Below are positions 12,080 to 25,749 of a stretch of DNA of 64,000 nucleotides, piece by piece. The notes below the pieces were generated by a model that worked only from the letters and a program-made list of their open reading frames with translations, was not told where the DNA came from and ran no database searches. A program made the translations under genes and the position numbers. Numbering within the stretch: the first letter of the stretch is position 1; the number at the start of each line of letters is the position of its first letter. The stretch spans positions 62,001 to 126,000 of the forward strand of contig JAXLNO010000239.1 in the NCBI GenBank assembly GCA_038087875.1, written 5' to 3'. This DNA comes from Malacoraja senta (Eukaryota).

Positions 12080-14260
12080 TAATAAAAACAAACACAAAAT
12101 TTTAAACGCGCAAAACACTTAATACATTCTTCATGAGGCTATATATTCAATATTGCTAGTGTTATACCCAGTAGCATTAGCACCTCTCTTTAGCACCACA
12201 TTATACTCTTGCCACTCATATGGCCACCTGGGACGATATCCCTACCCATGTCTGAGGGTGTCCCCACTAGACTCAGCCATTCGATTTCCAGGAGCCAAAG
12301 GACTTTAGATTATGGTCTTCCCCAGCAGAGCCTTAGTGTTGGCTGTGAGGAGCTTCAGCGCGTCCCTCAGCATGTACTCTTTTAGTCTGGAATGGGCCAG
12401 TTGGCAACATTCTCTTACTGACATCTCGCTGTGCTGGAAGGCCAACAAATTTCAGGCAGATCAATGAGCATTTTTCACCAAATTGATGATTTCCCAGCAG
12501 CACTTGATGTTCATCTCTGAATGTGTCCCAGGGAAAGCCTAAAATCAGAGAGTTCTCTGTTATGCAGTTGGTTGCGATGAACCATGATAAGGACCCATGC
12601 ATCTTTCTCCAGATCCTCTTAGTAAATTCCCAATCTTCAAAGAGGCAGCAAACATCTCCCGTCCATGGCAACCATCTTGAGTGCAGCATGAAGGTACACA
12701 AAAATGCTGGAGAAACTCAGCGGGTGCAGCAGCATCTATGGAGTGAAGGAAATAGGCAACGTTTCGGGCCGAAACCCTTCCTCAGACTGATGGGTGCAGC
12801 ATGAATTAGGAGTAAAACTCCAACTTCACAGAAAGGATCTGACTGGGAGTGTCCTTCTCACCACCAACCAAGCGAGGTCTTGGTACTTGTTGGTGAGTTC
12901 TGGCGATGAAGCATTTTGACAGACAAACTGGGCCGTCTACTCAGGGAAAGACACCCCAGTGTCTGCAGAACCTTCTTTATAGATCTGATGGACTGATGGA
13001 CTTGTGGTCAGAGATGTTGGTCTGGAAGAACTTTTTCACAAAGGATAGGCAATGTGGCTATGTCCAGCTAATGGCGCATTGTGTAGCAACAGTACCAGGC
13101 CCTTTTCTTGCAACTCTCTGCAGACATACAACCTCAACAGGCAATGACAATTGGTGCGCATACTTTGGATCAATGCAATTTAGTTTAGTTTAGTTTAGAG
13201 ATACAGTGCGGAAACAGGCCCTTCAGCCCACTGAGTCCACACTGACCAGCAATCCCCCCATACTAATGTAACACACACTAGGCATAATTTACATTTATAC
13301 CAAGCCAATTAACCTACAAACCTGTAAGTCTTTGGAGTATGGGGAAAAAAACGAAGAACTCGGAGAAAACCCACGCAGGTCACGGGGAGAACATATAAAC
13401 TCCGTACACAGCATTTGTAGTCGGTATCATACCCAATTGTTGCCTGACCCACTGAGATGCTGCCTGGCCCGTTGAGTTACTCCAGTATTTTGGGTCCACC
13501 AGCATCTGTAGTTCCTTCCTACACATTCAACAGTGAGATGGGTGATGATGCTCTTCCACATGGATTTTGACCTGCCGCTGACCAGAAGTATACCATTGTA
13601 CACTGCCAACAGGTCTGGGCCCACCTAGTCCCACTCATCCTTCTAATCTCCAGAGTATACAAGCGCTGCCGCTTCATTCTCTCAGCATATGACAGTCCCG
13701 AGCACAACTCAGCTGGTAAACCGTCACTTCCGGGAGTTGGGGCACGTCAGGTCCTCCAGGGTCAGTGGTTGATCCAGACTATCCTGCCAACTGTCCTCTA
13801 TGACCTTCACAATAGAGGACAGGAAGCTCTGGGAGGCTGTGCTGTCTGCAGCCTCTCTTTCATACCACCGATATGGAAGGATTTGCAGATCCTCAATATG
13901 TTTGTCTGCAAGGAATTTATCAAGCCGTCCTCTTCCTTAAAGCTGCGGATCACAGAGCTCCCCCTGTGAACTTTCTGGAAGAAGAAGCGTGAGCACATCC
14001 ACGGAGGGGACGTGGATCAGAAGACGATCTTGGGGAATTCTGAGGCAAAGCACATGGTTTGCCAACGCTTCACCTCTCAGAGTTCCTCCAGAAGGAGGAG
14101 ATGCTGCAAACCTGTCTGGACTTGGCATAATTCAGTCTGACTGTTTTGCTTTCGGAACACCTTTGAGGATGAAGATTCTCTCATTGATTGCTTCCCTTCA
14201 GTGTCTAATGTCTATTGTCATAGTCTATTCGAAGTAGAAGAGGTTCCTTTAGAAAATTCA
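12080..14260 (-). mobile_element. Degraded Tx1/L1-clade non-LTR retrotransposon, interrupted by SINE and Penelope pieces
   Basis: Minus-strand remnants PGSDGLPAEL, MGPDLLAVYNGILL...KSIIT and C-terminal NLLAFQHSEMSVRECCQLAHSRLKEYMLRDALKL. Boundaries approximate. Confidence 0.7.
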
Positions 14261-14619
14261 CGACCACCCACTCACACATCTGTCTCAGAGTTTTGTATAA
14301 TTTATGTCAAAGTGTGTAGTAGCTGTTGCCTGCAGCTTCCATGCTTACTAGGATCATACATGTGAAAATACAGAATATATTAACTTCTATGTTACCATTT
14401 TCCATCCTATATTGCTAGTGTCCCATTCATTTTATTTTTTTCATAATAATGTGGTATTCATTTTAATTGAAGGAACTTGAAATCTGAATAGCATCTAGTA
14501 CAGGCAAGAGATAATATGAAGAGATTAAGAAACCTTGTACTGATAAACTAACAATGACAATCAGCGCAGAGAAAACAAAATTGGAGACAAAATTGATTAG
14601 ATTAGTTATTAGTTGATTA

Positions 14620-15680
14620 GATACTGTACACCAGGGTGCAATTGACTTGGTGGTAGGAGTCAGAGGGTGGTATTAGAGGGTTGTTTTTCCGGTTGGGGGC
14701 TTGTGACGCAAGATCCTATATATTAACAATTTTGATGGTAATGTAAATGGCATGATTAATAAATTTGCAGATGACACAATAAATGGTGGTATAGTGAACA
14801 GTGACAATTATGACTGGATAGATCAAATGGGAACATGAGCAAAGGAACGGATGATGGAATTTAACTCAAAAAGTGCCAACTTATGCAATTTGGGAAGATA
14901 AACCAGAACAGGACATATATAGTGAACAGCAGGCCCCTGTTGGGTGCAAAGTGATTGTCCCCTTAAATTGGCGACACAAGTAGGCAGTGAGGAAGGCATA
15001 TGGAATGCTTGCCTTCAAGAGTCCGGGCACTCGAATCGTCACCTATCCATATCCTCCAGAGATGCTGCCTGATGTGCGGAATTACTCCAGCACTTCATGT
15101 CATTTTATGTATTAACAAGCAACCGCCGTTTCTTGTTTCTATAAGACTTAGGATGTCATATTACGACATTGGTGAGACCACACTTGGAGTATTGTGTGTA
15201 GTTTTTGTTGCCATGTTTTAGAAATAATGTGATTAAGCCAGAACGGGTGCAGAAACTATTCACAAGAATGTTGTCAGGATTGGAGGCATAAGTTATAAGG
15301 CAAGACTGAAAAGGCTAAAACAGTTTTCACTCAAGTGAAGGAGGCTGAGGAGTTACTTTATAGAGATATATAAAATCAACTGGGATATTGTCAAGGTGCA
15401 TAGTCACAATAATTTCTTCAATGATAGGGGAATATAAAACGAGGTTTAAGGTGAGAGGAGACAGATTTAAAGGGTACCTAAGGGACAAGTGGATATTTGG
15501 AATGAGCTGCCAACAGAGGAACTTGTAGAGATGGGTACAATTACACCATCTAAAAGCCATTTAAGAGACATTTGGTCAGGCCCATGGAGAGGAAAGGTTT
15601 AGAGAGTTATGAGCTAATTGCAGTAAATGGGACTAGCTCAAGTAGGCATCTTGATTGGCATGGACGTTGGGCCAAAGGGC
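14620..15680 (+). mobile_element. Old CR1-type LINE RT fragment
   Basis: aaatttgcagatgacac (KFADD) and degraded downstream RT and 3' UTR motifs. Confidence 0.7.
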
Positions 15681-17301
15681 CAGGTTTTATAACTCCAACA
15701 TTATTATTTATGTCCACTTACACGTGTCTGAATGCAGATCTGCTGAATTGTCAGAGGCTTCAACCTCATCCAAGAAACAGCGCATTTAGTTTACAAATTC
15801 TCTGCACTTCACGTAAAATCAGCCAGAACATCAGTGCATGCATTGCCGACACCCCCTTCCCTCCCTCACCCCAATTTGTGTTTTAAGCCCAGTAGAGCAT
15901 TTATTTTGCACAGGGAAGGTCTTAAATACCCAAAACATCCAACAAGTTCTGGGCTAAGGTCTGAAAGTGGACATGACCATGGAAAAGATTGACAGGAATG
16001 AATGAGAAACCTCTGTCAAAATTAAGTCTTTTACTTTGCTGTGGACACTAATCCCAGGTTCCAGGTTCCCTCCCGTTATCTCAGCTATTATGTGAGGAGT
16101 GGTGAAAAGGCCACAAAGTGCTTGAGTAACTCAGCAGATCAGGCAGCATTTCTGAAGAACATGGATAGGTGATGCCCGGGTCGAGAGAAGGATCCCGTCT
16201 CGAGGCATCAGTCTGAAGTAAGGCCTCTATTAACCAGTATCTGAAGTTCCTTGTTTCTATTGTGAAGAAATGTGACTTGGATCATTCTTCTGTGCTCTAT
16301 GCTCACTGTTATGTCAATATATCCCTGAACTTTCTGCTCCAAATGCACTGTATGGCTTAAAGATAGACACAACATGCTGAAGTAACTCAGCAGACAGGCA
16401 GACTCTGGATAGGAATGGGTGATGTTTCGGGTTGAGACTCTTCTCTGAAGAAGTCTGAAACAGGGTCACGATCCGAAACATCACCCATTCCTTCTATCCA
16501 GACATGCTGCCTGTCCCGCTGAGTTACTCCAGCATTTTGTGTAAGCCCGCATCTGCAGTTCCTTCCTGCACTGTATGGCTCTATATCTTTCCACTTACTT
16601 TCCTGTAGTTTTCTCTGTACACATACCTACAGATAAAAGTACTGGAAAAGTTGTGTGTTTTAAGGGGCTCCTTCCATTCAGCAGTCCAGGTTCTCCAATA
16701 AATCTTGGTAGAGACTGGCTCTCTGGTCAAGGAGCCCTCCATTGATACAGAGACTGGGAGTTTCCAAGCTCCCAGCTTTGTTGATGGAAACCCGGAACCG
16801 GCAACTGAGAAGGTAGGTACTTTGGTGATTGACGAGCAACTCTGCAATCTGCCTTCTTTCTGACCGGAGACAAGGTTAAGCAGGTAAATAACTGTAGTAA
16901 CATTTGTCCAGCAGGTTGGATGTTCTGGCCCACTGGGCCTGAAATTTCAGACTTCATCTCATTTGCAACATGTTTGTCGAGCTATTTTTGTAGAGGTAAA
17001 AATTCTGTGATGGCCCTACTATTGCCGATGCCGGATTTAGTGCAATGAAGCTGGGAGCTTAGAATCGGCCAGTCTTTGTATCATGTAAGCAGTTGCTAAT
17101 GCTCTGAACGAGTACTGGGGGTGAAAATAATATTCTATGAGAGGAGAAAACATGAAAGATAATTGGCAGACAGATTTATGTGACGATTTTTTTTTTCCCT
17201 GTTGATTTCAATTGGCTGAATTGTTAGGTATTAGAGCAATTAAGCAATATGGAATGTGGCACTGAGGTCAAAGATCAGGAGCCGGATGGACTGCTATCAT
17301 T

Positions 17302-17329
17302 CTGAAGAAAGGTCTCGACCTGAAACGTC
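17302..17329 (+). ncRNA. Minimal hammerhead-ribozyme-like motif in a Penelope-derived repeat
   Basis: CTGAAGA-A-AGGTC-TC-GACCT-GAAAC-GTC provides the core boxes, helix II and a GUC site. Helix I is weak. Confidence 0.55.
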
Positions 17330-20290
17330 ACCCATTCCTTCTCTCCAGAGATGCTGCCTGTCCCACTGAGTTACTCTAGTATTGTGTGTCTATCTTCTGC
17401 TTCTTACATTCCTGAGTTCAAAAATGACTTGCTAACTAACTATCAGGCCTTCTTTATGCTCTCCATCCACTGTTTTAGCAAGAATGGAAATGTATCCCAG
17501 TTCTCAAATGTGTAAGTATGCACGCAAGTTGAAATGATGCAATTAACTCAGGCAAAAATGACCATGATTTAGGCCTGGGGAAAATATTATTTTAAGGGGC
17601 ACTTTTGGTGAAGAGAATTTTGTCTGCTGGGGCTTTAAACCTCAATGTTGGATCTTTGATTGCATCCCTGCTATCAGTTCTCTCGCTCTGATAAATACAA
17701 ACTTCACAATGGGAAATCCATCATTCTTTTCAAACCATCAGTCTAGACGGAGCCCCTTGAGGCATGCACTTCAACAAGAGACATTTTTTTAATCTCTAAT
17801 CTCAGATAGAGTATCATGTTGCTCTGAGGATCTTCACCTAACTTGGAAACCAGGGATGTTTACTGGTGGGGGATTATTATCTAACAAACAGGTTTAATTT
17901 GTTTTAGATTCATTAAAGCTCTCTCAGGTTGAATGGGCTAGTCTAATCATTTGAAAGAGGCATGATAAGTATAGAAACATTGCACAAATACTGAAAGACC
18001 AAATAAAATATTACTTTTATTTTTTCTATCATCGGTTTTGTAGGCACCTCCTGCGAAAATGCAAATCGGAACCCACATAAAAATTAAATGGACAATTTTT
18101 AACCCTGTCTCTGCAGTCCTTTGGAGTAAGAGGAGAGATTAGTGTGGTAGAGGTTAACGCTGTTACCCCATGACCGATTATGCTCACCCCACAGGGGGTG
18201 AGTTCATAGGTGCTGCGGTCACATTGCAATGGCATTATTGGGCCATGCATGCCACATTAATGGTAGGCCTGATTGCAGCCCCCATGACATTTGGTAAATT
18301 GCTGTGGCAGCAAGATCCAGGCTAAAGTAAGTCCTCCTCCTTACTGTGATTGCTTGCTCTGGTTTCAGCCCAGAATGAGCTGGAATACTGCTTCTGCCTC
18401 CCCAGAAGCCCCTTGGGTGTTTTTTGCACCAAATGTACGAGATCTCCATCTCTCAACCTAGTCTATTCATCTCTCAGCTTCTTGCTGTGGCCTCTTCCAT
18501 TAGAGCAGCTGCCTGATCGCACTATTTTGACACTATGTCAATTCTGCTAGCTTTGGGCAGGTGTTGTCAAAATATGCAAAAGAGGCTTTGAATTAGAACA
18601 GTTTACTGCTAACTGAGCTTCCTAAGCAAGAACAACGTATTGGATGAACCCAGCAGGTCAGGCAGCAACTGCGGAAAAAATGGGCAGATGGTATCTCAGG
18701 TCAGGACACTTCATCAAATTCAATGTCTGAAAAAGGGTCCTGACCCAAAATGTTGTTTGTACATTCCCTCCTCAGATGCTGTCTGACCCATTGAGTTCTT
18801 CAAACACTTTGTTTTTATACACAATTCCAGTATCTGTGGTTTTGTGTGTCTCCAGGCCTGCATTCCAACTGAAAATCAACCTGCCTTCATCACAACCCTC
18901 AAAATAGAATAGTAGCTAAGCTCGAGCTATTTGTACTCTTGCTGCCAATTACATGTTGCAATAGATGCCTAGAGGAGGTTTTAGTTAAAACTGGCTTTGA
19001 AATAGTTATGCACAAAATGTTTATAATGAATTGTATATTATGTTTATGTAAACGAATGGAAAAGCGAACTGTGGTTTGAAATTATGCATCATGATGCCAA
19101 AAAAAACTTGTGGTTAGGCACCCATAATGAAATCTAAACTGTACATTACATGGATGAAAACATATATCTGCAATATCCCCTTAATGTTGGTTCCAACTAT
19201 GTATGGCTCAGTACAATAAGAAAGGTTTATGGAAATTTTAAATGAAATCAAATCCAAACATAGATTTTTATGGAAACAGGTCACTCAACTATAAATGTGT
19301 TCATATAGTTCCATATGTATCCATCAAAATTTGTATACATTGTGTATGCAAGCAAAGAATTTCACAGTGCCTAGTCTCATGTGACAATAAAGTATTCCTA
19401 ATGTAAATGCTTTTGTTCATAAATAATATGGGTAGAATGGAGGGTTTGTCAGCCGAGGCGATACAGGTACAGTTTAGAAATAAGAAAGATGCAAGCAGAC
19501 TAATGGGATTATACTATAGCCCTTTAATAGCAAGCCTGAGATAGAGCCACAGATATATACAAAGATTACCGAAAGATGCCAAAGCAAGAGGGTTGTCTTA
19601 ATGGGTGACTTTAACTGCCCCCGTATTGACTGGGACTTGTTCAGTGCCAAATGGTTAGACGGGGCAGAATTTGTGAGGTGTATCCAAGAGGGTTTCTGGA
19701 AATGGTATGTGGATACTGGGAGCAATTGTTATTGGTTAAGTCTATATCTGACATGTGGGAGTTTTTTAAAGATCAGTTGATTGAAATTCAGTACCGGCAT
19801 GTTCCAGTTAAGAGGAGGGTTAAGGATGGGAAAGTAACGAAAACTTGGAAGACCGAAGACTTGTAAATTTGGACAAAAAGAAAAAGGGAATGCATGCAAG
19901 CTTTAAGAGGATGGAATCAGACCTCCTTTGAGGAATATAAAGAAAGGAGGAAATAACTTAACCAGGCAGTTAAAAGGGCCAAGTAGTGCCATGAAAGCTC
20001 TTCACACCTACATTAAAAGCAAGAGGGTAACCAGGGAGAAGGTAGGACCGCTCAAAGATCAATAAGGGAATTTGTGCTTAGAGTCTGGGTTGTAGGCGAG
20101 GTACTAAACGAGAACTACAAGTATTTTGCACATATTTTTGCTAAAGAGAAGGACATGGAGGACAGGGAGATCAGTGTGGAAAATACCAAAATGCAAGGCC
20201 AATTTTAGATTAAGAAGGAGGAGGTTGTTGGGGGCTCTTGAAAGCATTATGGAGGATAAACCCCTTATCTGGGACCTCTGCTATTTGTGA

Positions 20291-21779
20291 TCTATATTAC
20301 TAAAAGTCTGATCTTGACCACTTCCTGTTGTTCTGTATATTGATTTTAGAAAAAATGCTGCCACTTATGGCTGTGATTTTTGGCCATCTTACTCAGCGCC
20401 CCCCTCCGCTGCGCAGGACAAGAGAATTTTTCCCATCGATGAAAAATAAAAGAGTTATTAGTGTTTAAAAAATGTTGAGATTCTCTCTCCTGAAGGCCAC
20501 GCCCCTTCCGGAGGGACTATAAAACCCGGAAGTGTTGAGTGCCTCAGTCAGTCTCTGCAAGATGGGGGAGCGAGAGGGTCACATCTCTCAGTCTGAGCTG
20601 TGAATAACACTGAACACATGTCTACTAAACTGTGAGTGGTTTTACTGACCTGTCAGTGCCCTTAATGTGGTTTGAAAATATAGTTTGGAAATGCTAAAGC
20701 TGTGTTGCCTTTGGTTTGGAAATGCTAAAGCTGTGTTGCCTTTGGTTTGGAAATACTAAAGCTGTGTTGCCTTTGGTTTGGAAATGCTAAAGCTGTGTTG
20801 CCTAATTAAAGTTGCCTTGCCTAATTAAAGTTGCCTTGCCTAATTAAAGTTGCCTTGCCTAATTAAAGTTGCCTTGCCTAATTAAAGTTGCCTTGCCTAA
20901 TTAAAGTTGCCTTGCCTAATTAAAGTTGCCTTGCCTAAATAAAGTTGCCTTGCCTAATTAAAGTTGCCTTGCCTAATTAAAGTTGCCTTGCCTAAATAAA
21001 GTTGCCTTGCCTAATTAAAGTTGCCTTGCCTTCTATATGTATAAAAATCTAATCTTGACCACTTCCTGTTTGCGCTTTATATTGATTTTTAGAAAAAACG
21101 CTACCACGTACGGCTGTGATTTTTGGCCATCTTACTCGGAGCCCCCCTCCGCTCATCAAGTATCGAGGGTTTTTCCCCATCGATGAAAAATAAAAGAGTT
21201 ATTAGTGTTTAAAAAATGTTGAGATTCTCTCTCCTGTCAATCACGCCATGAATGCTACGCCCCTTCTGGTGGGAGGGGGGAGAGACTATAAAACCCAGAG
21301 GTGTGGGCATGGCTCAGTCTCTGCAAGATGGAGGAGGGAGAGGTCACAACTCACTGTCTTTAGTGGCCTTGCACCCTACTTGAAATGGTATGAAACTGCA
21401 CTTGAATTTGGTGGCCTTGCGCCCTGCTTGAAGTGGTAAGAAACTGCACTTGAATTTGGTGGCCTTGCACCCTGCTTGAAATGGAATTTCAAGGAATAGC
21501 CATGTCAACTGCCAGCCCACCAGCCGTGAGTGAGTGAGCTGCCAGTACAACAGGCTTGACTGGCTGAGCCGCTAGCTCAAGAATCCATTTGGCCCATAAT
21601 GTCCATACTAGCCCTCTGGAAACCAGTCCCTTCAGCCCACAACACCCATACTAGCACTCCAGAAAGCCCCCCTCTCCCACTGGCTACCAATATTGGAATT
21701 GGTGGAGAGGTGGAATATTGCGTTGGGGGACCAGCCGTCCCGTGTGATGCTGGGACCCAAAGGGTCCCACTTAGTCTAG
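20291..21779 (+). mobile_element. Non-autonomous Helitron
   Basis: Starts TC, ends CTAG and sits between A and T with no TSD. Subterminal hairpin TGGGACCC-AAA-GGGTCCCA at 21751-21769. Confidence 0.88.
20680..21031. repeat. Minisatellites within the Helitron (30-bp and 19-bp units)
   Basis: (ggtttggaaatgctaaagctgtgttgcctt)n followed by (gcctaattaaagttgcctt)n. Confidence 0.95.
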
Positions 21780-22009
21780 TATATATATATATAAATGACT
21801 TGGATGTAAATGCAGATGGGTTGCTTAGTTGCTTAGTACATTTGCAAATGACACCAAGATTGGTGGGATTGTGGACTATGAGAAGGTATACAGTGGGATA
21901 TGGATCAGATGCCACAATGGGTGGAGAAATGGCAGACATAATTTAATCTGAGGAAGTGTGAGGTGTTGCACTTTGGGAGGTCAAACGTAAAGGGAAATAT
22001 ACATTTATC

Positions 22010-22400
22010 TGGTGAAAAGGGGGCGGGGGGGGGGGGGGGGGGGGGTGGGGGAGTTTGTGAGAGGTTAGCTAAAATTGGAGAATTCAATGTTCATACCAAT
22101 GGGTTGTAAGCTACCCAAGTTTAAATATGGGGTGCTGTTCCTTCGGTTTGCATATAGCCTCACTCAGGCAATGGAAGAGGCCAAGGACAGAAAGGTCAGC
22201 GTGAGAATGGGAAGGGAAGTTAAAATGGTTAGCATTCGGGAGATCCAGTAGGCCTTGGTGGACCAAGCGCAAGTGTTCAGCGAAAAGGTTGTTTATGCTT
22301 GGTCTGGCTGGTGTACTGGAGGCCGCAGTGGATGAGGTTAGAGGAGGTGCACGTGAATCTCTGTCTCACCTGGAAGGATTGCTGCGGTCCTTGGATGGAG
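22010..22400 (-). mobile_element. Penelope-like element GIY-YIG fragment (degraded)
   Basis: Reverse complement resembles 44200-44560. Confidence 0.75.
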
Positions 22401-22585
22401 GCTGGGGAGAATAGGGAAAGGTAGGGGCAGGTGAAGGATATGTTTTATGTGCATTAGATAAGAGATGGTCTTGGCATCATGTTCAACAAAGACAGTGTGG
22501 ACAGGAAAGCCTGTTCATATGCTCTTGTGTTCTAGAATATCAAATAGCCACTGCAAATTAAACAATTCTTGTGTTTCTTGTGCAG

Positions 22586-22825
22586 GTGTAACTATACCTT
22601 TGATTTATCAGAAAAATGGTACACTGATCAGGAAGAAAGGTGATCCCATTGATCTTGAATGCAAGGACTGGTCTGAAGTGCAATGGGTAACTCCACTGAG
22701 TGCGAAGAAGAACATTGCTCGGTATAGAGTCAACATCAAGACAGCGGAGCCAAAACATACCGGCCAATACACATGTGTTAATCCCACTTCTTTTGAGAAC
22801 CGCTCTCTGTACTTGTTTGTGGAAG
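22586..22825 (+). CDS. kit: KIT-like exon 2 (Ig1)
   Basis: Acceptor tgcag|, donor |gtaat, phase 1-1. VTIPLIYQKNGTLIRKKGDPIDLECKD...HTGQYTCVN...LYLFVE has the Ig Cys pair and Trp. Confidence 0.9.
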
Positions 22826-23015
22826 GTAATTATTCCATTGTCAAGTGATTTTTGGGTTGATTTCCATCTGCCAGTGTGAATAAACTAATTGGTGACAAAT
22901 TTGTGATAATTTCAGATGGGCACATGCACTAATCCCAATTCTTCTGAGACTAGTCTCTTTGTACTACTGTCACATTATTTGCCTATATTTGAAAATTCAT
23001 CCTGATTGTGGGTAA

Positions 23016-23528
23016 AAGGCCTGTCTCACGAGTCTGCGGTCATTGGCGGCGAAACAGGAACTATCTACCACTCCTGGGCCGCCAGAGACCGCGGGCTCGG
23101 TCAAACGCACAATTCCGGGGCCGTGCGGCGTTGTTCCCAACACCGCACGGTGCTAAATAAAAACCAACACTGTCCAAAAATATGTTCCTACCGCACAGCC
23201 GCCGCCAGTGAGGCACGAGTGCGCCACGGCCGCCGCCACAGCCACCGGCAGTGAGGCACGTGTGCGGCACGGCCGCCGCCACAGCCACTGCCAGTGAGGT
23301 ACGTGTGCGGCACAGCCGCCGACAGTGAAGTACGTGTGCGGCACGGCCGCCGCCACAGCCCCGCGATCCGAAAGACGTCATCAGCCGAAACCGCAAGCTC
23401 GTTGAACCGGCCGTACTTGGCCCCCCCGCGCAGCATCCGTGCGGCGCTCTCGTGGTTGCCGTGCGGTTCCCTCTTCCGGCGACGCTGCGCTTCACCGCCA
23501 ACGACCGCAAACCCGTGGGACAGAGCCT
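23016..23528. mobile_element. PIF/Harbinger-type MITE with GC-rich internal tandem repeats
   Basis: Termini AAGGCCTGTCTCAC and GTGGGACAGAGCCT, TAA on both sides. Confidence 0.78.
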
Positions 23529-23857
23529 TAAGCAACGTATGATAGGATGGTGACAATTCAAAGAAATTATCATCATAATCTTAAAAATGTTGAAATGTTT
23601 CAAAAAGCTTGAAGATCAATCAATGGCTTCAGTCATGGCACAACAGATAGACAGTTAAAGTACAGAACATTAGCATAACGTGCATAATATAGTGGTCATA
23701 TCTATTCAGTCCTGGGCTGTTGCTGCAGAAGTGATATGTGAGTTTAAATGGCTCAAGCATATACACACACATGCACACCATGCATACATACACGCTCATA
23801 TCCACACGCACACACATATGCATATGCACGTACACACATACGCACACACATACGCAA

Positions 23858-23997
<140 letters not shown>

Positions 23998-24385
23998 TTA
24001 TCTGAACCTGGTCCATTTTCCTCCAAACCATTTCCATCCATGTACCAGTCTAAGTGTCTTTAAAATGTTGCCATTGTACCTGAGTTTACCAGTTAATTTA
24101 TCCCTTTTACATCTTTCCATTCACATTAAACCTATGCCCTCTAGTTTTTGACTCCCATATCCTTGGGAAAAGATTGTGACTATTCACCTTATCTATGTCT
24201 CTCATGATTTGGTATACCTCTGCAAGGTCACCTGTCTGCTAAGGCCTGCTGGAGCTCCTGATTGCTAACCAATTTAATTTCAATATTGATTTTGCTGTCC
24301 AAGTGTGATGATATTGTGGCTTTAAATATCTACAGGTTTGAAACCATTTTTGCTTCAAATTAACATTTTTTTTTTTTTAATAAAG

Positions 24386-24676
24386 ACTCCAAGAATTTGT
24401 TTCTGAATCCAACAACGTGGCAGAAGTTCGTTAGTGGAAATGAAGGAGCTGAGGCACTTATACCTTGTCGAGTAACATCTCCTACCATTAAAGACCTCAG
24501 GCTGGAGAAAAGTAGGGGGGCCACAATGCCCCAAAACTTGTCCTATACAGCTGACATCTACACCGGGATAAGCGTCAAAAATCTGAAAAGGAGTTTTGAT
24601 GGGTATTATGTGTGCACTGCCATAAAGGATGGAACAATGAAGAAATCAAAAGAATTTAAATTGCAGATAGTACCAG
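24386..24676 (+). CDS. kit: KIT-like exon 3 (Ig2)
   Basis: Acceptor taaag|, donor |gtaatt, phase 1-1. DSKNLF...EGAEALIPCRVTSP...GISVKNLKRSFDGYYVC...FKLQIVP. Confidence 0.92.
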
Positions 24677-24747
24677 GTAATTCTGTCTTTTGAATCATGC
24701 CATGGTTTTGTTTAAAAAGAGCTGGCGATCACTATTCGTTACAACAC

Positions 24748-25514
24748 TGTTGACCCTATTACCTCTATAGGATATCAACTGACGTGTCGAACAAAAGACT
24801 CTAAACAAAGTTTTAGTTTAGTTTAGTACAAGTTAATCTTTATTAACACTCGAATAACCTTAAACATGCATAGAAACAATTCTAATTGACTTCTAATAAC
24901 TTCTCATTTACTTTACTATTTCAACATCACTTCTTAAACTAAATCACAAAACTCATGACTCATGATATTACCCATATAATGAATTGGCCAGATTCACTCT
25001 GTTGGTAGGGTGCAGTCTTCTCTGAGCTTCAAAATAATGTCCCTCCTTCTTGCGATGGTTGTTCCCGGGTTGTCGCTCCCGATGTCTTGAACCGCCCTTC
25101 TTTATATTACTTTTCCTTCCATCTTCGAAAGGAAGCCTTTGTTCTAACCCAAGGCGCTCATGGCTTTACAGTCAATCATTTCAAGCTGTCACTCCTCCAA
25201 GGGCTGAATAAACAAAACACATTTTCATTCCTTATCAGGCTAGAGAGTTCTTAATTATGTTGCTTGTTCATATCTCCTTCTCATTATAGTTATTTTGCAA
25301 TATGTCCGTTCTAGGCACCTTATCTTCTCAAGGCCGTACTGCCTTAGCCGTGAAGTTACCTTCAGCTCTGCTCCCACCAGATGTCAATAGCGTGACCATT
25401 TTCACTACGCTCCTTTGTTCTCCTGGCTCCAGCATTTCACTCTGTCTGTTTCTAGCTAGTAGCATCCTCCCAAAGCCTGTCGGGATACTTGACATCCAGT
25501 CCCAGGCTATATAT
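24748..25514 (-). repeat. 3' LTR
   Basis: Direct repeat of 31570-32344. Adjacent minus-strand polypurine tract (C-run 25515-25531 on +) and minus-strand AATAAA at 24839-24844. Confidence 0.92.
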
Positions 25515-25749
25515 CCCCCCCCCCCCCCTTTGATCCATTGAGCGATTAGATCACACTGAGCCTTATTTCATCTCACACATGTAAATATCTGAGTCTTTGC
25601 CATGTTACAATTTTCTACAAAGCATAGCCATGCAAATAGTAATTAAGATTATTATGATACTCTTAAAGCATTATTTCCCTCATCTCTTACCTTATCTAAA
25701 CATGTTTGACACTGCTTGTTGCCTCGATTATTTGTCAGTTCTTACTTGT

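Larger units (their letters stand above)
19420..22005 (+). mobile_element. Old CR1-type LINE fragment split by a Helitron
   Basis: MGDFN endonuclease motif near 19600. The GPLLFVIYINDLD motif is split at 20290/21780. Confidence 0.75.

Noticed and set aside
20680..21031. CRISPR-like array
   Set aside because: Head-to-tail tandem units with no unique spacers, no cas genes and a eukaryotic context.
23006..23603. GC-rich overlapping ORFs or CpG-island gene
   Set aside because: They lie within a TIR-bounded MITE with internal tandem repeats and show no recognisable domain.
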